DNA from: a virus
Lineage: Duplodnaviria; Caudoviricetes
Length of the DNA: 48,824 nt
Direction: 5' to 3' (one strand)
Virus record (IMG/VR): IMGVR_UViG_3300026848_000010
Location: 1 to 48,824 of that record
Of this stretch, positions 16,452 to 25,162 are shown one piece after another. Each line of letters starts with the position of its first letter. Positions within the stretch are counted from its first letter, which is position 1. Under the pieces are notes generated by a model, which worked only from the letters and a program-made list of their open reading frames with translations, did no database searches and was not told the DNA's origin. The position numbers were made by a program, and so were the translations under genes.

Positions 16452-16957
16452 TGAGCACAGGCGATCTCCCATGGTTCCGGTTTTACCCATCTGACTGGCT
16501 CGGTGGCACTCGTGGCATGTCCGCGACAGAGGCCGGAATCTACATCACCCTGATTGCCAATATGTACGACCGAATGGAGCCGTTGCCGGAAGATTATGAC
16601 CGGCTGGCGAGGCTGTGCGGAACGACAAAATCAGCCCTGAAAAAGACCATCAAAACCCTGATTGAAGACAAGAAGATTGTCCGAATTGAAGGCGGTTTTT
16701 GGACAGATCAATTTAAGAAATGGGATAAATTTTCTGTTCGCCAGAAGCTCTCCACCGATCTACGCCAAGAGGTCTTTAATCGTGAAGGGTATCGGTGCAC
16801 GTATTGCGGCGACGAGAACGGGCCATTTCATATCGATCATATTTTTCCACTTGCACTCGGCGGCCTTGATTCGAGTGAAAACCTGACGGTTGCATGTCGC
16901 TCATGCAATTTGAGAAAAGGCGCAAAAACCCTTGAAGAATGGAGGCTGATGCAATGA
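16451..16957 (+). CDS. DUF1376/YdaU-like domain fused to an HNH endonuclease
   Basis: PWFRFYPSDWL..GIYITL; CTYCG..HIDHIFP..GG..NLTVACRSCNLRKG. Confidence 0.85.
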   Translation: MSTGDLPWFRFYPSDWLGGTRGMSATEAGIYITLIANMYDRMEPLPEDYDRLARLCGTTKSALKKTIKTLIEDKKIVRIEGGFWTDQFKKWDKFSVRQKLSTDLRQEVFNREGYRCTYCGDENGPFHIDHIFPLALGGLDSSENLTVACRSCNLRKGAKTLEEWRLMQ

Positions 16958-17817
16958 GCAAATCCTCCAATCCCTGGATGAAATTCTACCCTTCTGACTG
17001 GCGGGCCGATCCGGCCCTTCGTGTCTGTTCACTCGCAGCTCGTGGGCTGTGGGTTGAAATGCTCTGCATTATGCATGAGGCATCACCACGCGGCTATCTG
17101 ACCATCAAAGGCCATGCCGTGACGGATGTGCAACTAGCGGCGCTGTCTGGCGCACCCATCGACGAGGTTTCCAACCTGATTGGCGAGCTCGAAACGATGG
17201 CTGTTTTCAGTCGCGACCGTGACGGGTGCATTTACTCACGTCGTATCCTTCGTGATGAAAAGAAGTCGAAAACTGCACAAAAAAACGGAAAATCTGGCGG
17301 AAATCCGAAACTAGCAAGTAACGGAAAACAAAAGCAAAATCCGTCATCGGATAACCAACAGGATAAGGGTTGGCATAAGGGTGAGGATAAAACCCAGAAG
17401 CCAGAAGCCAGAAGCCAGACTCCAGAATATAAATCTTCATTACATTCAGATTTATCCCCCCCACCCCCCCAGTCGGGGGGCGAGGATGAGAAATGGATTT
17501 GGAATGAGGGAAGGCTCTGGTTCATTTCATGCGGCCTGACCGAAACGCAGATCCCGTATCACCTCAACGAATGGCTGAAAGCCTATCCCGCCGATCAGGT
17601 CAGGGATGCCATTGCCACGGCTGGTGTCTCCGCGCCAAGCGATCCTGTCCGGTTCGTGGCAGGGCGGCTGCGCAATGGTAACCGATCCAACCTGCAAACA
17701 TTCCCGATTGACCGGCACAAAGCCAAAAAAGACGCCGAACGGCAGGAGATCGAAAGATTGCGGGCCGAGCGTCAAGCCTTGAGGTCAAACCCGAAGGAGG
17801 CCGGAAATGTCGATTGA
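16954..17817 (+). CDS. Replication initiator protein
   Basis: PWMKFYPSDWRADPALR..ARGLW; GKSGGNP; internal iteron-like repeats. Confidence 0.8.
   Translation: MSKSSNPWMKFYPSDWRADPALRVCSLAARGLWVEMLCIMHEASPRGYLTIKGHAVTDVQLAALSGAPIDEVSNLIGELETMAVFSRDRDGCIYSRRILRDEKKSKTAQKNGKSGGNPKLASNGKQKQNPSSDNQQDKGWHKGEDKTQKPEARSQTPEYKSSLHSDLSPPPPQSGGEDEKWIWNEGRLWFISCGLTETQIPYHLNEWLKAYPADQVRDAIATAGVSAPSDPVRFVAGRLRNGNRSNLQTFPIDRHKAKKDAERQEIERLRAERQALRSNPKEAGNVD
17393..17428 (+). repeat. 7-bp iteron-like repeats (probable origin)
   Basis: CCAGAAG CCAGAAG CCAGAAG CCAGACT CCAGAAT followed by an AT-rich stretch. Confidence 0.6.
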
Positions 17818-18481
17818 TCCGAGAATTACCACGGTTGTCGACCGCATCGCCGATGCTTGGAATTATCCCATGACGCCAGGTATGCGGCTGGAATACGAGG
17901 AAGCGCTGAACGGACTCAATCCGGACGCACTCGACAAGGCGGTGACCGATCTGCGCGATTTGGTCGATCAGAGGCCATCGATCAGCAAGATCAAGCTGGC
18001 GTACGAAAGGTATCGGCCATCACAGCGTTCCGAGCCGGTCCGGCGTGAACATCCCTACGACATGGCCCGTGCGCTGGTAAACCGCGAGCGATCCGGCGTC
18101 ATCGCTTCATCGAAAGCCCTGTTCGACCATATCCCGACCGATGCCGGGAAAGCAGCGCTTCGCGCCTATCTCTACGCCGCGGCTTGGGTCATGGCGCAAG
18201 GCGTCGTCAGTTCCCAGACCGGCCAGCATTTCCACATGACGTCTGATCGCATCGCGACCGGATACATGACATGGACCGCACCAGGCGAAGACCTCAGGGA
18301 GGCACGGAACCTGTTCAGGCGTGGTGCCAGCCTTGGTCGTATCGAGATCGAAGTTCCGGGTCGAGCCATGGAATGGTTCAGAAGCCTTGAAGATGGGGTC
18401 GCATCGAAGTCAATCAAGCGTGTCCCTGTCGAGGAATTCGAGAAAGAACAACAGTTTAGTGAGCATGGAGCCGTTGCATGA
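17807..18481 (+). CDS. Putative helicase loader/replication protein
   Basis: Follows the initiator; YEEALNGL..LDKAV..RPSISKI N-domain. Confidence 0.55.
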   Translation: MSIDPRITTVVDRIADAWNYPMTPGMRLEYEEALNGLNPDALDKAVTDLRDLVDQRPSISKIKLAYERYRPSQRSEPVRREHPYDMARALVNRERSGVIASSKALFDHIPTDAGKAALRAYLYAAAWVMAQGVVSSQTGQHFHMTSDRIATGYMTWTAPGEDLREARNLFRRGASLGRIEIEVPGRAMEWFRSLEDGVASKSIKRVPVEEFEKEQQFSEHGAVA

Positions 18482-18663
18482 CACACGAAACATCAAAGAT
18501 TACGAAAAATAACCCCATGGAAGCCGGTAGTGACCACGGCGTGACAAATCATGACTTCGCGGTTGCGGTGACTCGTTTCGACGACGGCCACGAGATCGCG
18601 ATGCCGAAGCGGATGACCCGCGACGAGGCGGCTCGGTATGCCGCAGTGCAGGGGTTGTTCTGA
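18478..18663 (+). CDS. Hypothetical protein
   Basis: Coupled ORF with GGAG SD. Confidence 0.5.
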   Translation: MTHETSKITKNNPMEAGSDHGVTNHDFAVAVTRFDDGHEIAMPKRMTRDEAARYAAVQGLF

Positions 18664-18890
18664 TGGGCGCGTGCCGCATAGCCAAGGCAAGGATGACCGA
18701 AGATCAGGCGCACTTTTGGGCCAGTCATTGCCCGCCGGTGGTCAACACCATCGTACTTTGCGCGCTTTATGACGGGGCTTACAACATCGAAACACCAGAC
18801 GGTGACTGGGTGCCTGTGGAAGTCATCCGCGACGATCCGCCGAGCATTTCGTCGCATAGCAGCCGCTATGCGCACAACGACCTGTTTTAA
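18663..18890 (+). CDS. Hypothetical protein
   Basis: TGATG coupling to upstream ORF. Confidence 0.5.
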   Translation: MGACRIAKARMTEDQAHFWASHCPPVVNTIVLCALYDGAYNIETPDGDWVPVEVIRDDPPSISSHSSRYAHNDLF

Positions 18891-18899
18891 CCAAGGAGA

Positions 18900-19187
18900 G
18901 TGAATATGACAGATGTGGTGAAGATGAGAGTCATGGGGTGGGCCGAGATGAAGCCGGACCTGTACGGCGGTGACGATTGTGATGAGCAAATCGCGCAATG
19001 GGACGCCTACATGGACGGTGACATGGATAGTGAAAATTTGGATGTCCTTGAATTGGACGCCAGCACGTTCCCACCCGGCACAAAAGTAACAATCGAAGTG
19101 CCGGAGTGTCCAGATTGCGGATCAGCGTCTGACGAATGTGTTTGCGGATTTGACTGGGATAAGTGGACAGAGGGGAGATACGCATGA
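18900..19187 (+). CDS. Acidic zinc-ribbon protein
   Basis: AAGGAG SD; ECPDCG..ECVCGFDW. Confidence 0.65.
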   Translation: MNMTDVVKMRVMGWAEMKPDLYGGDDCDEQIAQWDAYMDGDMDSENLDVLELDASTFPPGTKVTIEVPECPDCGSASDECVCGFDWDKWTEGRYA

Positions 19188-19525
19188 CCAACACCGAGGA
19201 CGCTGTGAAGCGGGTTGAGGGTTTTCTATCAGCCGTAGATGAACGAAGCCCGCAAGCCGATTGCGCGATGGTTTATCATTATGCCGGGTCAGGATTTGAT
19301 GCAGTTCAGTTGGGCGACCTGCGCACCCTGCTTTCCGGGCTCGAAGCCAAGAACAGCGAGATCGAGCGGTTAAAGAATGCTTTGATTGGCAGAATCACGA
19401 CTGAAATGCACCACGCAGCACAGTCAGCAGTGCTTGAGGCAAGCGAGTCAGACGGAATGTTTGAAGACGAACCGTTCAACATCGTCAACGCGATCATCAA
19501 AACGTGGGGGTTTGACCGGACATGA
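19184..19525 (+). CDS. Hypothetical phage protein
   Basis: Start MTNTEDA after GGGGAG; ATGA overlap. Confidence 0.6.
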   Translation: MTNTEDAVKRVEGFLSAVDERSPQADCAMVYHYAGSGFDAVQLGDLRTLLSGLEAKNSEIERLKNALIGRITTEMHHAAQSAVLEASESDGMFEDEPFNIVNAIIKTWGFDRT

Positions 19526-19698
19526 TCTACACAATCAAACATCTGATGAAATGGAACGTCGAATGCGAGATCGGTGGCGAGTGGGTTCCATGCCGTCCAG
19601 TGACGTACATGGCTCTGACACTTCGCGAACGGTTCCGCGCCGCTTGGATGGTGTTCACCGGCAAAGCTGACGCCGTTGTCTGGCCGGGAGGGCAGTGA
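19522..19698 (+). CDS. Small phage protein (58 aa, not in ORF track)
   Basis: MIYTIKHLMKW..WVPCRP..RFRAAWMVFTGKADAVVWPGGQ; ATGA overlap. Confidence 0.65.
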   Translation: MIYTIKHLMKWNVECEIGGEWVPCRPVTYMALTLRERFRAAWMVFTGKADAVVWPGGQ

Positions 19699-19780
19699 TG
19701 AGCCGAAAAACAGATGAACTTATAGCAAGCGCAGTAGTTGTTTTATCGGTTCTGTTCCTCGTTTTTGTGGTGATGACATC

Positions 19781-19975
19781 ATGATCACCTACCGCGTCGA
19801 AGGCCGAACCCGTCAACCATCGGGATGGACAACCGATCAGGACAACGTCGTCGAATGTTCCGACCTCGCCATAGCCGAACAAAACGCACGGGTGATGTCA
19901 TCGACTTGTGACCAGGTCAGGATCGTGCCGGTGGGGGAGGTGGTGTTTGTGAAGGGTAGCGAGGTGAAACAGTGA
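19781..19975 (+). CDS. Hypothetical protein
   Basis: ORF in the early-right operon. Confidence 0.5.
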   Translation: MITYRVEGRTRQPSGWTTDQDNVVECSDLAIAEQNARVMSSTCDQVRIVPVGEVVFVKGSEVKQ

Positions 19976-20090
19976 TGCTTGGTTTTTGGGACTTCGTAGC
20001 AGTCTGCGTCATTTGCTGGACAGCGTTCTGGATAGTGATGGCGATAAGAAAATAAACCGGATTTGGTGACCAACTGAGCAGGAGCGGAGC

Positions 20091-20621
20091 ATGGCAGCGG
20101 CGGAGCAGAAGAAGAAATATCACACCGTCCCGTTGGACGAGGAACAGGCCACCGAGGCCGTTGTCCTCAGGATCACGGCAGACGGAAAACGAACACGGCA
20201 AGGTGCGACCAGGCGAAAGCATGATGCAAGATTGTTCGACGCGATGGAGAAAAGCCCGTTCCAGTGTGAGCGGGCCTTTGATCGTATCGCACGGGGTTAT
20301 CTCGTGATTACTGGTCAGGTGAGGGTTAAGGTCGCACGCCTTGGCCGTGACATCGAAGTTGCATCCGGCAAATCAGACGAGGAATCATTTCAGGAATACA
20401 TCACCGGTCTGAAACGCGATTACCTAGAATGGGCCGAAAGCCTGATGGGGGCTGCTGATCATCCAGATCGGTTCATTCGTCATGCCGCCGCTATCGAAAT
20501 CATCGGGGAAGGACGCAGCGCCAGCTTTGTTGATACCACTCGTCGCAAACGCAACGGATGGGCGCGGGACAACCTGATTGATGCGCTGGAGGTGTACTGC
20601 AAACTGAAAAGGTGGATGTGA
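20091..20621 (+). CDS. Putative late-gene regulator (Q-like antiterminator/activator)
   Basis: Last early-right gene; C-terminal HTH-like IIGEGRSASFVDTTRRKRNGWARDNLIDAL; pR'-like promoter and terminator downstream. Confidence 0.6.
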   Translation: MAAAEQKKKYHTVPLDEEQATEAVVLRITADGKRTRQGATRRKHDARLFDAMEKSPFQCERAFDRIARGYLVITGQVRVKVARLGRDIEVASGKSDEESFQEYITGLKRDYLEWAESLMGAADHPDRFIRHAAAIEIIGEGRSASFVDTTRRKRNGWARDNLIDALEVYCKLKRWM

Positions 20622-20630
20622 AAAAAACAT

Positions 20631-20659
20631 TTGACACAATCATAGCCAATGGCTATATT
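20631..20659 (+). promoter_or_regulatory. Moron promoter with palindromic operator
   Basis: TTGACA-17-TATATT; ATAGCCA-A-TGGCTAT at 20642-20656. Confidence 0.8.
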
Positions 20660-20704
20660 GGTCACATCAGCCATCGCGGCTAACCTCAGACAAGGAATTG
20701 TAAA

Positions 20705-21067
20705 ATGTTCGTTCTTCATCACATTAATGATGCAACTGCAACCGTCGAAGAAACCGCGCAGAACGCTGCGCGTGAAATCCTCACGTATGACGGCTTCAAA
20801 TATGAAATCCGCAACGAAGACGGTGAGTTTGTTCTTTACCATAGCAGCCGGTCTGAAAATGCTGGTGGCGGTTACAAAATGAACCCGACCACCATTTCAA
20901 GCTTTAATAAAGACCGGGATGCCGCAGAACAGGAAATCTTTGAAGAAGTGGTCAAACGGTCAACCGATTTTGCATACGGAAATATTGAAGCCTATGACCG
21001 GGATGCATTCATTAAAATGTGCGATGAAATGGAATGGCCAGAACTTTTGGAGCAGATCAATGATTGA
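20705..21067 (+). CDS. Moron protein 1, unknown function
   Basis: AAGGA SD, directly downstream of its own promoter. Confidence 0.7.
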   Translation: MFVLHHINDATATVEETAQNAAREILTYDGFKYEIRNEDGEFVLYHSSRSENAGGGYKMNPTTISSFNKDRDAAEQEIFEEVVKRSTDFAYGNIEAYDRDAFIKMCDEMEWPELLEQIND

Positions 21068-21644
21068 TCCGGTCAAAACACTTTCCGGACTGGCGAATCT
21101 GCCGACAGGCGAAGGGCTCACAGCCCTTCGTTCTGCCATAGCATACGCGCTTGATCTTGACGCGCCGATTGCGAAGCGCCAGCTTGGGGAAATCCTCGGC
21201 TATGAAGGATCAAATCTGCATGTCACGATTGACCGACTGGAACGCGGTGACCGAGAACTCAAAGGCGGGTATCTGTTGCAGGCCACATCTATTGCGCTTG
21301 CTGCGTCCCTTCATCTGCAAGGCATTGTCGTCATACCGCAATGGACATTCGAATACCCGGTAGACGATGAAGATGATGCCGGGTTGATCTTTGTTCGTCA
21401 CAACTGGTTTCCACGCGCACGGTTCTTTGTCTCGCCCTACTCAAATGCTGATCTGACCGCAATCGGCGCTGAACAGATTGGACAAATCAGATCACATGAT
21501 TACCCCGATGAAATGCACACAGTCTACTGCATCGCGGAGGACCTGCTTTCAGATCAGAGCTGCTGGTCTTCATTTTACGAGACAGCCGTTGCGCATCTCG
21601 CAGACTATATGAACAGGTCGGAGATTGATGCAGCAGGTTATTGA
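21060..21644 (+). CDS. Moron protein 2, XRE-like HTH plus unknown C-domain
   Basis: IAKRQLGEILGYEGSNLHVTIDRLERGDREL. Confidence 0.7.
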   Translation: MIDPVKTLSGLANLPTGEGLTALRSAIAYALDLDAPIAKRQLGEILGYEGSNLHVTIDRLERGDRELKGGYLLQATSIALAASLHLQGIVVIPQWTFEYPVDDEDDAGLIFVRHNWFPRARFFVSPYSNADLTAIGAEQIGQIRSHDYPDEMHTVYCIAEDLLSDQSCWSSFYETAVAHLADYMNRSEIDAAGY

Positions 21645-21670
21645 CATTCGGGGAAAACTTTGTGTATAAA
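21641..21670 (+). promoter_or_regulatory. Late promoter (pR'-like)
   Basis: TTGACA-18-TATAAA upstream of the late operon. Confidence 0.6.
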
Positions 21671-21770
21671 TTTACTAAATTTGCGAATTGCGCCTTGGGA
21701 AACCGGGGCGCATTTGGATTCTGCGGGAGCGTTTCCCTCACTTCGGTGAGAAAACCCTGCGGATAGACGA

Positions 21771-21807
21771 GAGCGGGTGGCTTAGGCTGCGCCGCTCTTT
21801 TCTTTTG
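21771..21807 (+). terminator. tR'-like terminator
   Basis: GAGCGG..CCGCTC hairpin followed by TTTTCTTTT. Confidence 0.6.
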
Positions 21808-21819
21808 GAGAAGGCAGAC

Positions 21820-22047
21820 ATGTGCGGCGGCAACATTATCGACTGCAACCCAGTGCAATGGAATGGCAAACCAGCTTACAAGCTGGCGGTTCTGGATGCC
21901 GACCCTAACGGCAGCACCGAACGCGAAGTTATCATTGCGGATCATGATCGCAAAATTGGCCCGAAAATCGGGGAACGTGTTTGGTGGCAGGCTGGCGAGA
22001 TGCACTTCGCCGCTGATCGCATGTCGGTGAAATTACTGGCAGCTTAG
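21820..22047 (+). CDS. Hypothetical protein
   Basis: Start MCGGNII after GGAGAAGG. Confidence 0.55.
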   Translation: MCGGNIIDCNPVQWNGKPAYKLAVLDADPNGSTEREVIIADHDRKIGPKIGERVWWQAGEMHFAADRMSVKLLAA

Positions 22048-22233
22048 ATATCACTCACCGGCAGCGTGCTGTCGGCTCAGGTGCTTAGGCATCTGCAATG
22101 ACCCGCCCGTTCATTCGGCGCGGGTTTTTCTTTGCCCGTTGACCGGGTAATCAGCCCCCGCGTGATGTGGGGTCAGACGGCGGTGACGTGAGAGCGTCCC
22201 GCCGTTTTTCATTTCAGACAGAGGATTAGATCG

Positions 22234-22563
22234 ATGACCAAGAACGAAGCAGAGATTGAAAACGAGATCGTTGCCAAAGGCCTGACCGCACCGCGCATCA
22301 CGCCAGACATGATCGATGATACTATCGCGACCGAGGCCTATCACGTGTTCCCCGGCACGACCCTGACCGTTTGCGCACTCACCCTGCGCAATGGTTTTCA
22401 GGTTGTCGGTGAAAGTGCCTGCGCCAGCCCGGAAAACTTCAACCCGGAGATTGGTCGCAAGATCGCCCGCGACAATGCCCGCAACAAGATTTGGATGCTG
22501 GAAGGCTATCGTCTGCGCAGTTCGCTTTTCGATGCTGCAGTTCGCGACAAACCGGCTGAATAA
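22234..22563 (+). CDS. N4 gp49/Sf6 gp66 family protein
   Basis: APRITP..TLTVCALTLRNGFQVVGESACASPENFNPEIGRKIARDNA..IWMLEGY. Confidence 0.9.
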   Translation: MTKNEAEIENEIVAKGLTAPRITPDMIDDTIATEAYHVFPGTTLTVCALTLRNGFQVVGESACASPENFNPEIGRKIARDNARNKIWMLEGYRLRSSLFDAAVRDKPAE

Positions 22564-22570
22564 CAAAACC

Positions 22571-22605
22571 ACGGCAGCGCCTTTCGGGGCCTGCCGTTTT
22601 CTTTT
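22571..22605 (+). terminator. Rho-independent terminator
   Basis: ACGGCAG..CTGCCGT followed by TTTCTTTT. Confidence 0.6.
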
Positions 22606-22611
22606 GAGGGT

Positions 22612-22833
22612 GTGATGACGCCAAGACAGCAACAGCAGCAACGTATTGATGACCTGATCGAACACGGCGCGGTTATTCCAGCTGGTGTCGAGGCGTGGAT
22701 CAGTCGGTGGGGCAAGCCTGGCATTGAGCGTGTGGTCAAATGCGCGAACGAGGAATACGACCGCAACGCAAGCCCATCTGATCGCGGCCAACCACGGTTC
22801 ATTTCCTGTCCGTGCCCCAAGTGTTCGGTGTAG
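22612..22833 (+). CDS. Hypothetical protein
   Basis: GAGGG SD; C-terminal CPCPKC. Confidence 0.45.
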   Translation: MMTPRQQQQQRIDDLIEHGAVIPAGVEAWISRWGKPGIERVVKCANEEYDRNASPSDRGQPRFISCPCPKCSV

Positions 22834-23046
22834 TCGTGATGTTCGATTACGAGCCGTTTGTTGGTTTTGGGCTTTGCTTCGCTCTGGCGGTCTTCGTTGG
22901 GTACTGCATCGGCAATACCGTCATCGGGTGGCTCTGATGGACAACCCGGTATTCGCAGCCTTCGTTGTCGCGTTCGTCAAGGTAACAGGCGCTGTCCGCT
23001 TGGTGTGGCGCAAATTCAAGTATTGGCGCGGTTAAGAGATAGAAAA

Positions 23047-23361
23047 ATGCCTGAGTTTTCAACAGACAATCAACCTGATCGACGGGGCGACCCAAAGGAG
23101 GCTGGAAACGCCCATAAAAAACGCCGTGTCATGACCGATGCATTGATGCTTGCGTTAAAACGTGAGGTCGAAAACTCGGACGGGGCGAAGACAAAGCGTT
23201 TGGTTATGATCGCCGAGAAGCTGGCAGAGCGCGCCGCCGATGGAGATATCCAGGCTATCAAGGAAATCTTTGACCGCACCGAAGGCAAGGCGGCACAGGC
23301 AATTCATATTACCGAGGGCGACACCATGTCGCATGAAGAGTGGATCAAGTCGCTCAGGTAA
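23047..23361 (+). CDS. terS: Terminase small subunit
   Basis: AERAADGDIQAIKEIFDRTEGK motif; directly precedes TerL. Confidence 0.75.
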   Translation: MPEFSTDNQPDRRGDPKEAGNAHKKRRVMTDALMLALKREVENSDGAKTKRLVMIAEKLAERAADGDIQAIKEIFDRTEGKAAQAIHITEGDTMSHEEWIKSLR

Positions 23362-24878
23362 GGCAGCGCCTCAAGGATGATTATCCGTTCTATGCCCGCA
23401 ACTGTTTGCGGATCAGAACAAAGTCGGGGGCGATTGAAAGCTTTGTCCTGAACAAGGCGCAGGAATACATCCACAACCGATGTGAGGAGCAACGGGAACG
23501 TACCGGGAAGGTTCGCGCCCTGATCCTAAAAGGCCGGCAACAGGGATGCTCAACATATGTCGGTGGCAGGTACTATCACCGGGTATCGCACAGCACCGGG
23601 GCGCAGGCCTTTATTCTGACCCATGAACAGGAAGCAACCAACAACCTGTTCGCGATGGCGAAGCGTTATCACGAGAACGTGCCTGAATATGTTAGACCAT
23701 CGACCGGGGCGACCAACGCCAAGGAATTGAAGTTTGACGCACTTGACAGCGGTTACAAGGTCGGGACAGCCGGAACAAAAGGCGTTGGCAGGTCAAGCAC
23801 GATCCAGTTCTTCCACGGGTCCGAGGTTGCTTTCTGGCCGCATGCGGAAACACATGCGGCTGGCATCTTGCAAGCTATTCCAGATGAACCTGGCACGGAA
23901 TCGATACTGGAAAGCACGGCAAACGGCTTAGGCAACCTGTTCCACAAGATGTGGCAGGAAGCTGAGTCAGGGATCAGCGATTATATAGCGATATTTGTCC
24001 CGTGGTACTGGCAGCCGGAATACCGGAAGGAGGTTCCCGAAGGGTTCAGCCTTACCGATGAAGAGATCGAATATAAAGCAGCTTATGGGCTTGACGACGA
24101 GCAGATCGCTTGGCGCAGGACAAAGCTTTCGGACCTGAAAGACCCGTCATTGTTCAAACAGGAATACCCGGCCACGGCGGCTGAGGCATTCCAGATGACC
24201 AACCACGACAGCTTTATCGCGCCGGCCGATGTTGTCAGGGCGCGAAAAGCCGATCTGGTTGGCATCGGGCCGCTGGTGATTGGTGTCGACCCCAAACGTG
24301 ATGGAACGGATAGGTTTTCTATTGCGTGGCGCAGAGGTCGCAAGCTTGAGGCCGTCGAAAGTGATGCATCAAAGATCGACACGATGCGCGCTGCCGGAAA
24401 ACTCAAAGAAATAATCGACCGCGATAACCCAGCCAAGATGTTTATTGATGCTGGTGGTGGTGCCGGTATCTATGACGTTCTGGTGAGTTGGGGATATGGC
24501 GATATCGTCACCCTGATCAGTTTTGCAAGTTCGCCAATCCACCCGCCCAAACTGGATATCGATGGCAAGCCGATGGCGGGATACGCCAATCGCCGGGCCG
24601 AAATGTGGGGCCTTTCCCGTGACTGGCTTTGTGATGAAGGTGGAGCCGATATCCCGGACAAAGACAGCCTCCAAACCGACGCCTGCGGCCCAGGATACAA
24701 ATACGACACCAACCAGAGAATTCTTCTCGAAAGCAAAGACGAGATGAAGAAGCGTGATCTCCTTTCACCGGATGAATGGGATTCCGTGGTTCTGACCTTT
24801 GCCGAGCCTGTGGCCGAGAAACGGCGATCAAGCAACCTTCCAACCTCGACCGGCAATCTGAAATGGAGGAGACGATAA
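23340..24878 (+). CDS. terL: Terminase large subunit
   Basis: ILKGRQQGCST Walker A, FFHGSEVA Walker B, ESTANG, GVDP nuclease motif, SPDEWD. Confidence 0.95.
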   Translation: MDQVAQVRQRLKDDYPFYARNCLRIRTKSGAIESFVLNKAQEYIHNRCEEQRERTGKVRALILKGRQQGCSTYVGGRYYHRVSHSTGAQAFILTHEQEATNNLFAMAKRYHENVPEYVRPSTGATNAKELKFDALDSGYKVGTAGTKGVGRSSTIQFFHGSEVAFWPHAETHAAGILQAIPDEPGTESILESTANGLGNLFHKMWQEAESGISDYIAIFVPWYWQPEYRKEVPEGFSLTDEEIEYKAAYGLDDEQIAWRRTKLSDLKDPSLFKQEYPATAAEAFQMTNHDSFIAPADVVRARKADLVGIGPLVIGVDPKRDGTDRFSIAWRRGRKLEAVESDASKIDTMRAAGKLKEIIDRDNPAKMFIDAGGGAGIYDVLVSWGYGDIVTLISFASSPIHPPKLDIDGKPMAGYANRRAEMWGLSRDWLCDEGGADIPDKDSLQTDACGPGYKYDTNQRILLESKDEMKKRDLLSPDEWDSVVLTFAEPVAEKRRSSNLPTSTGNLKWRRR

Positions 24879-25159
24879 TGGGTGGATTTGTGAAGACCAT
24901 CGCGGACCCGCTTGATCTTATCGGGGCGCGTGCTGCTGATAAGAAGGCGGATGCCGCGCAGGCTGCCGCCGATGAAGCATTGCGTCAGGTTGCCGCTGCG
25001 TCAGAAGAGGAAGAGGTGGTAGAGCAAGAAATCGAAATCGGGGACAGCGATGAAGAACTTCGTCGTCGCCGCGCTCGTGGTGCCTCGATCCTTGCGCCGC
25101 GTGATGATCAGGCGCTTGGTGGCACCATTTCGCGCCCCGGCGCACAGACACTGGGTTAA
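24878..25159 (+). CDS. Small virion-assembly protein
   Basis: MGGFVK start; RRRRARGASIL..TLG end, typical of the gene before a podovirus portal. Confidence 0.65.
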   Translation: MGGFVKTIADPLDLIGARAADKKADAAQAAADEALRQVAAASEEEEVVEQEIEIGDSDEELRRRRARGASILAPRDDQALGGTISRPGAQTLG

Positions 25160-25162
25160 ACC

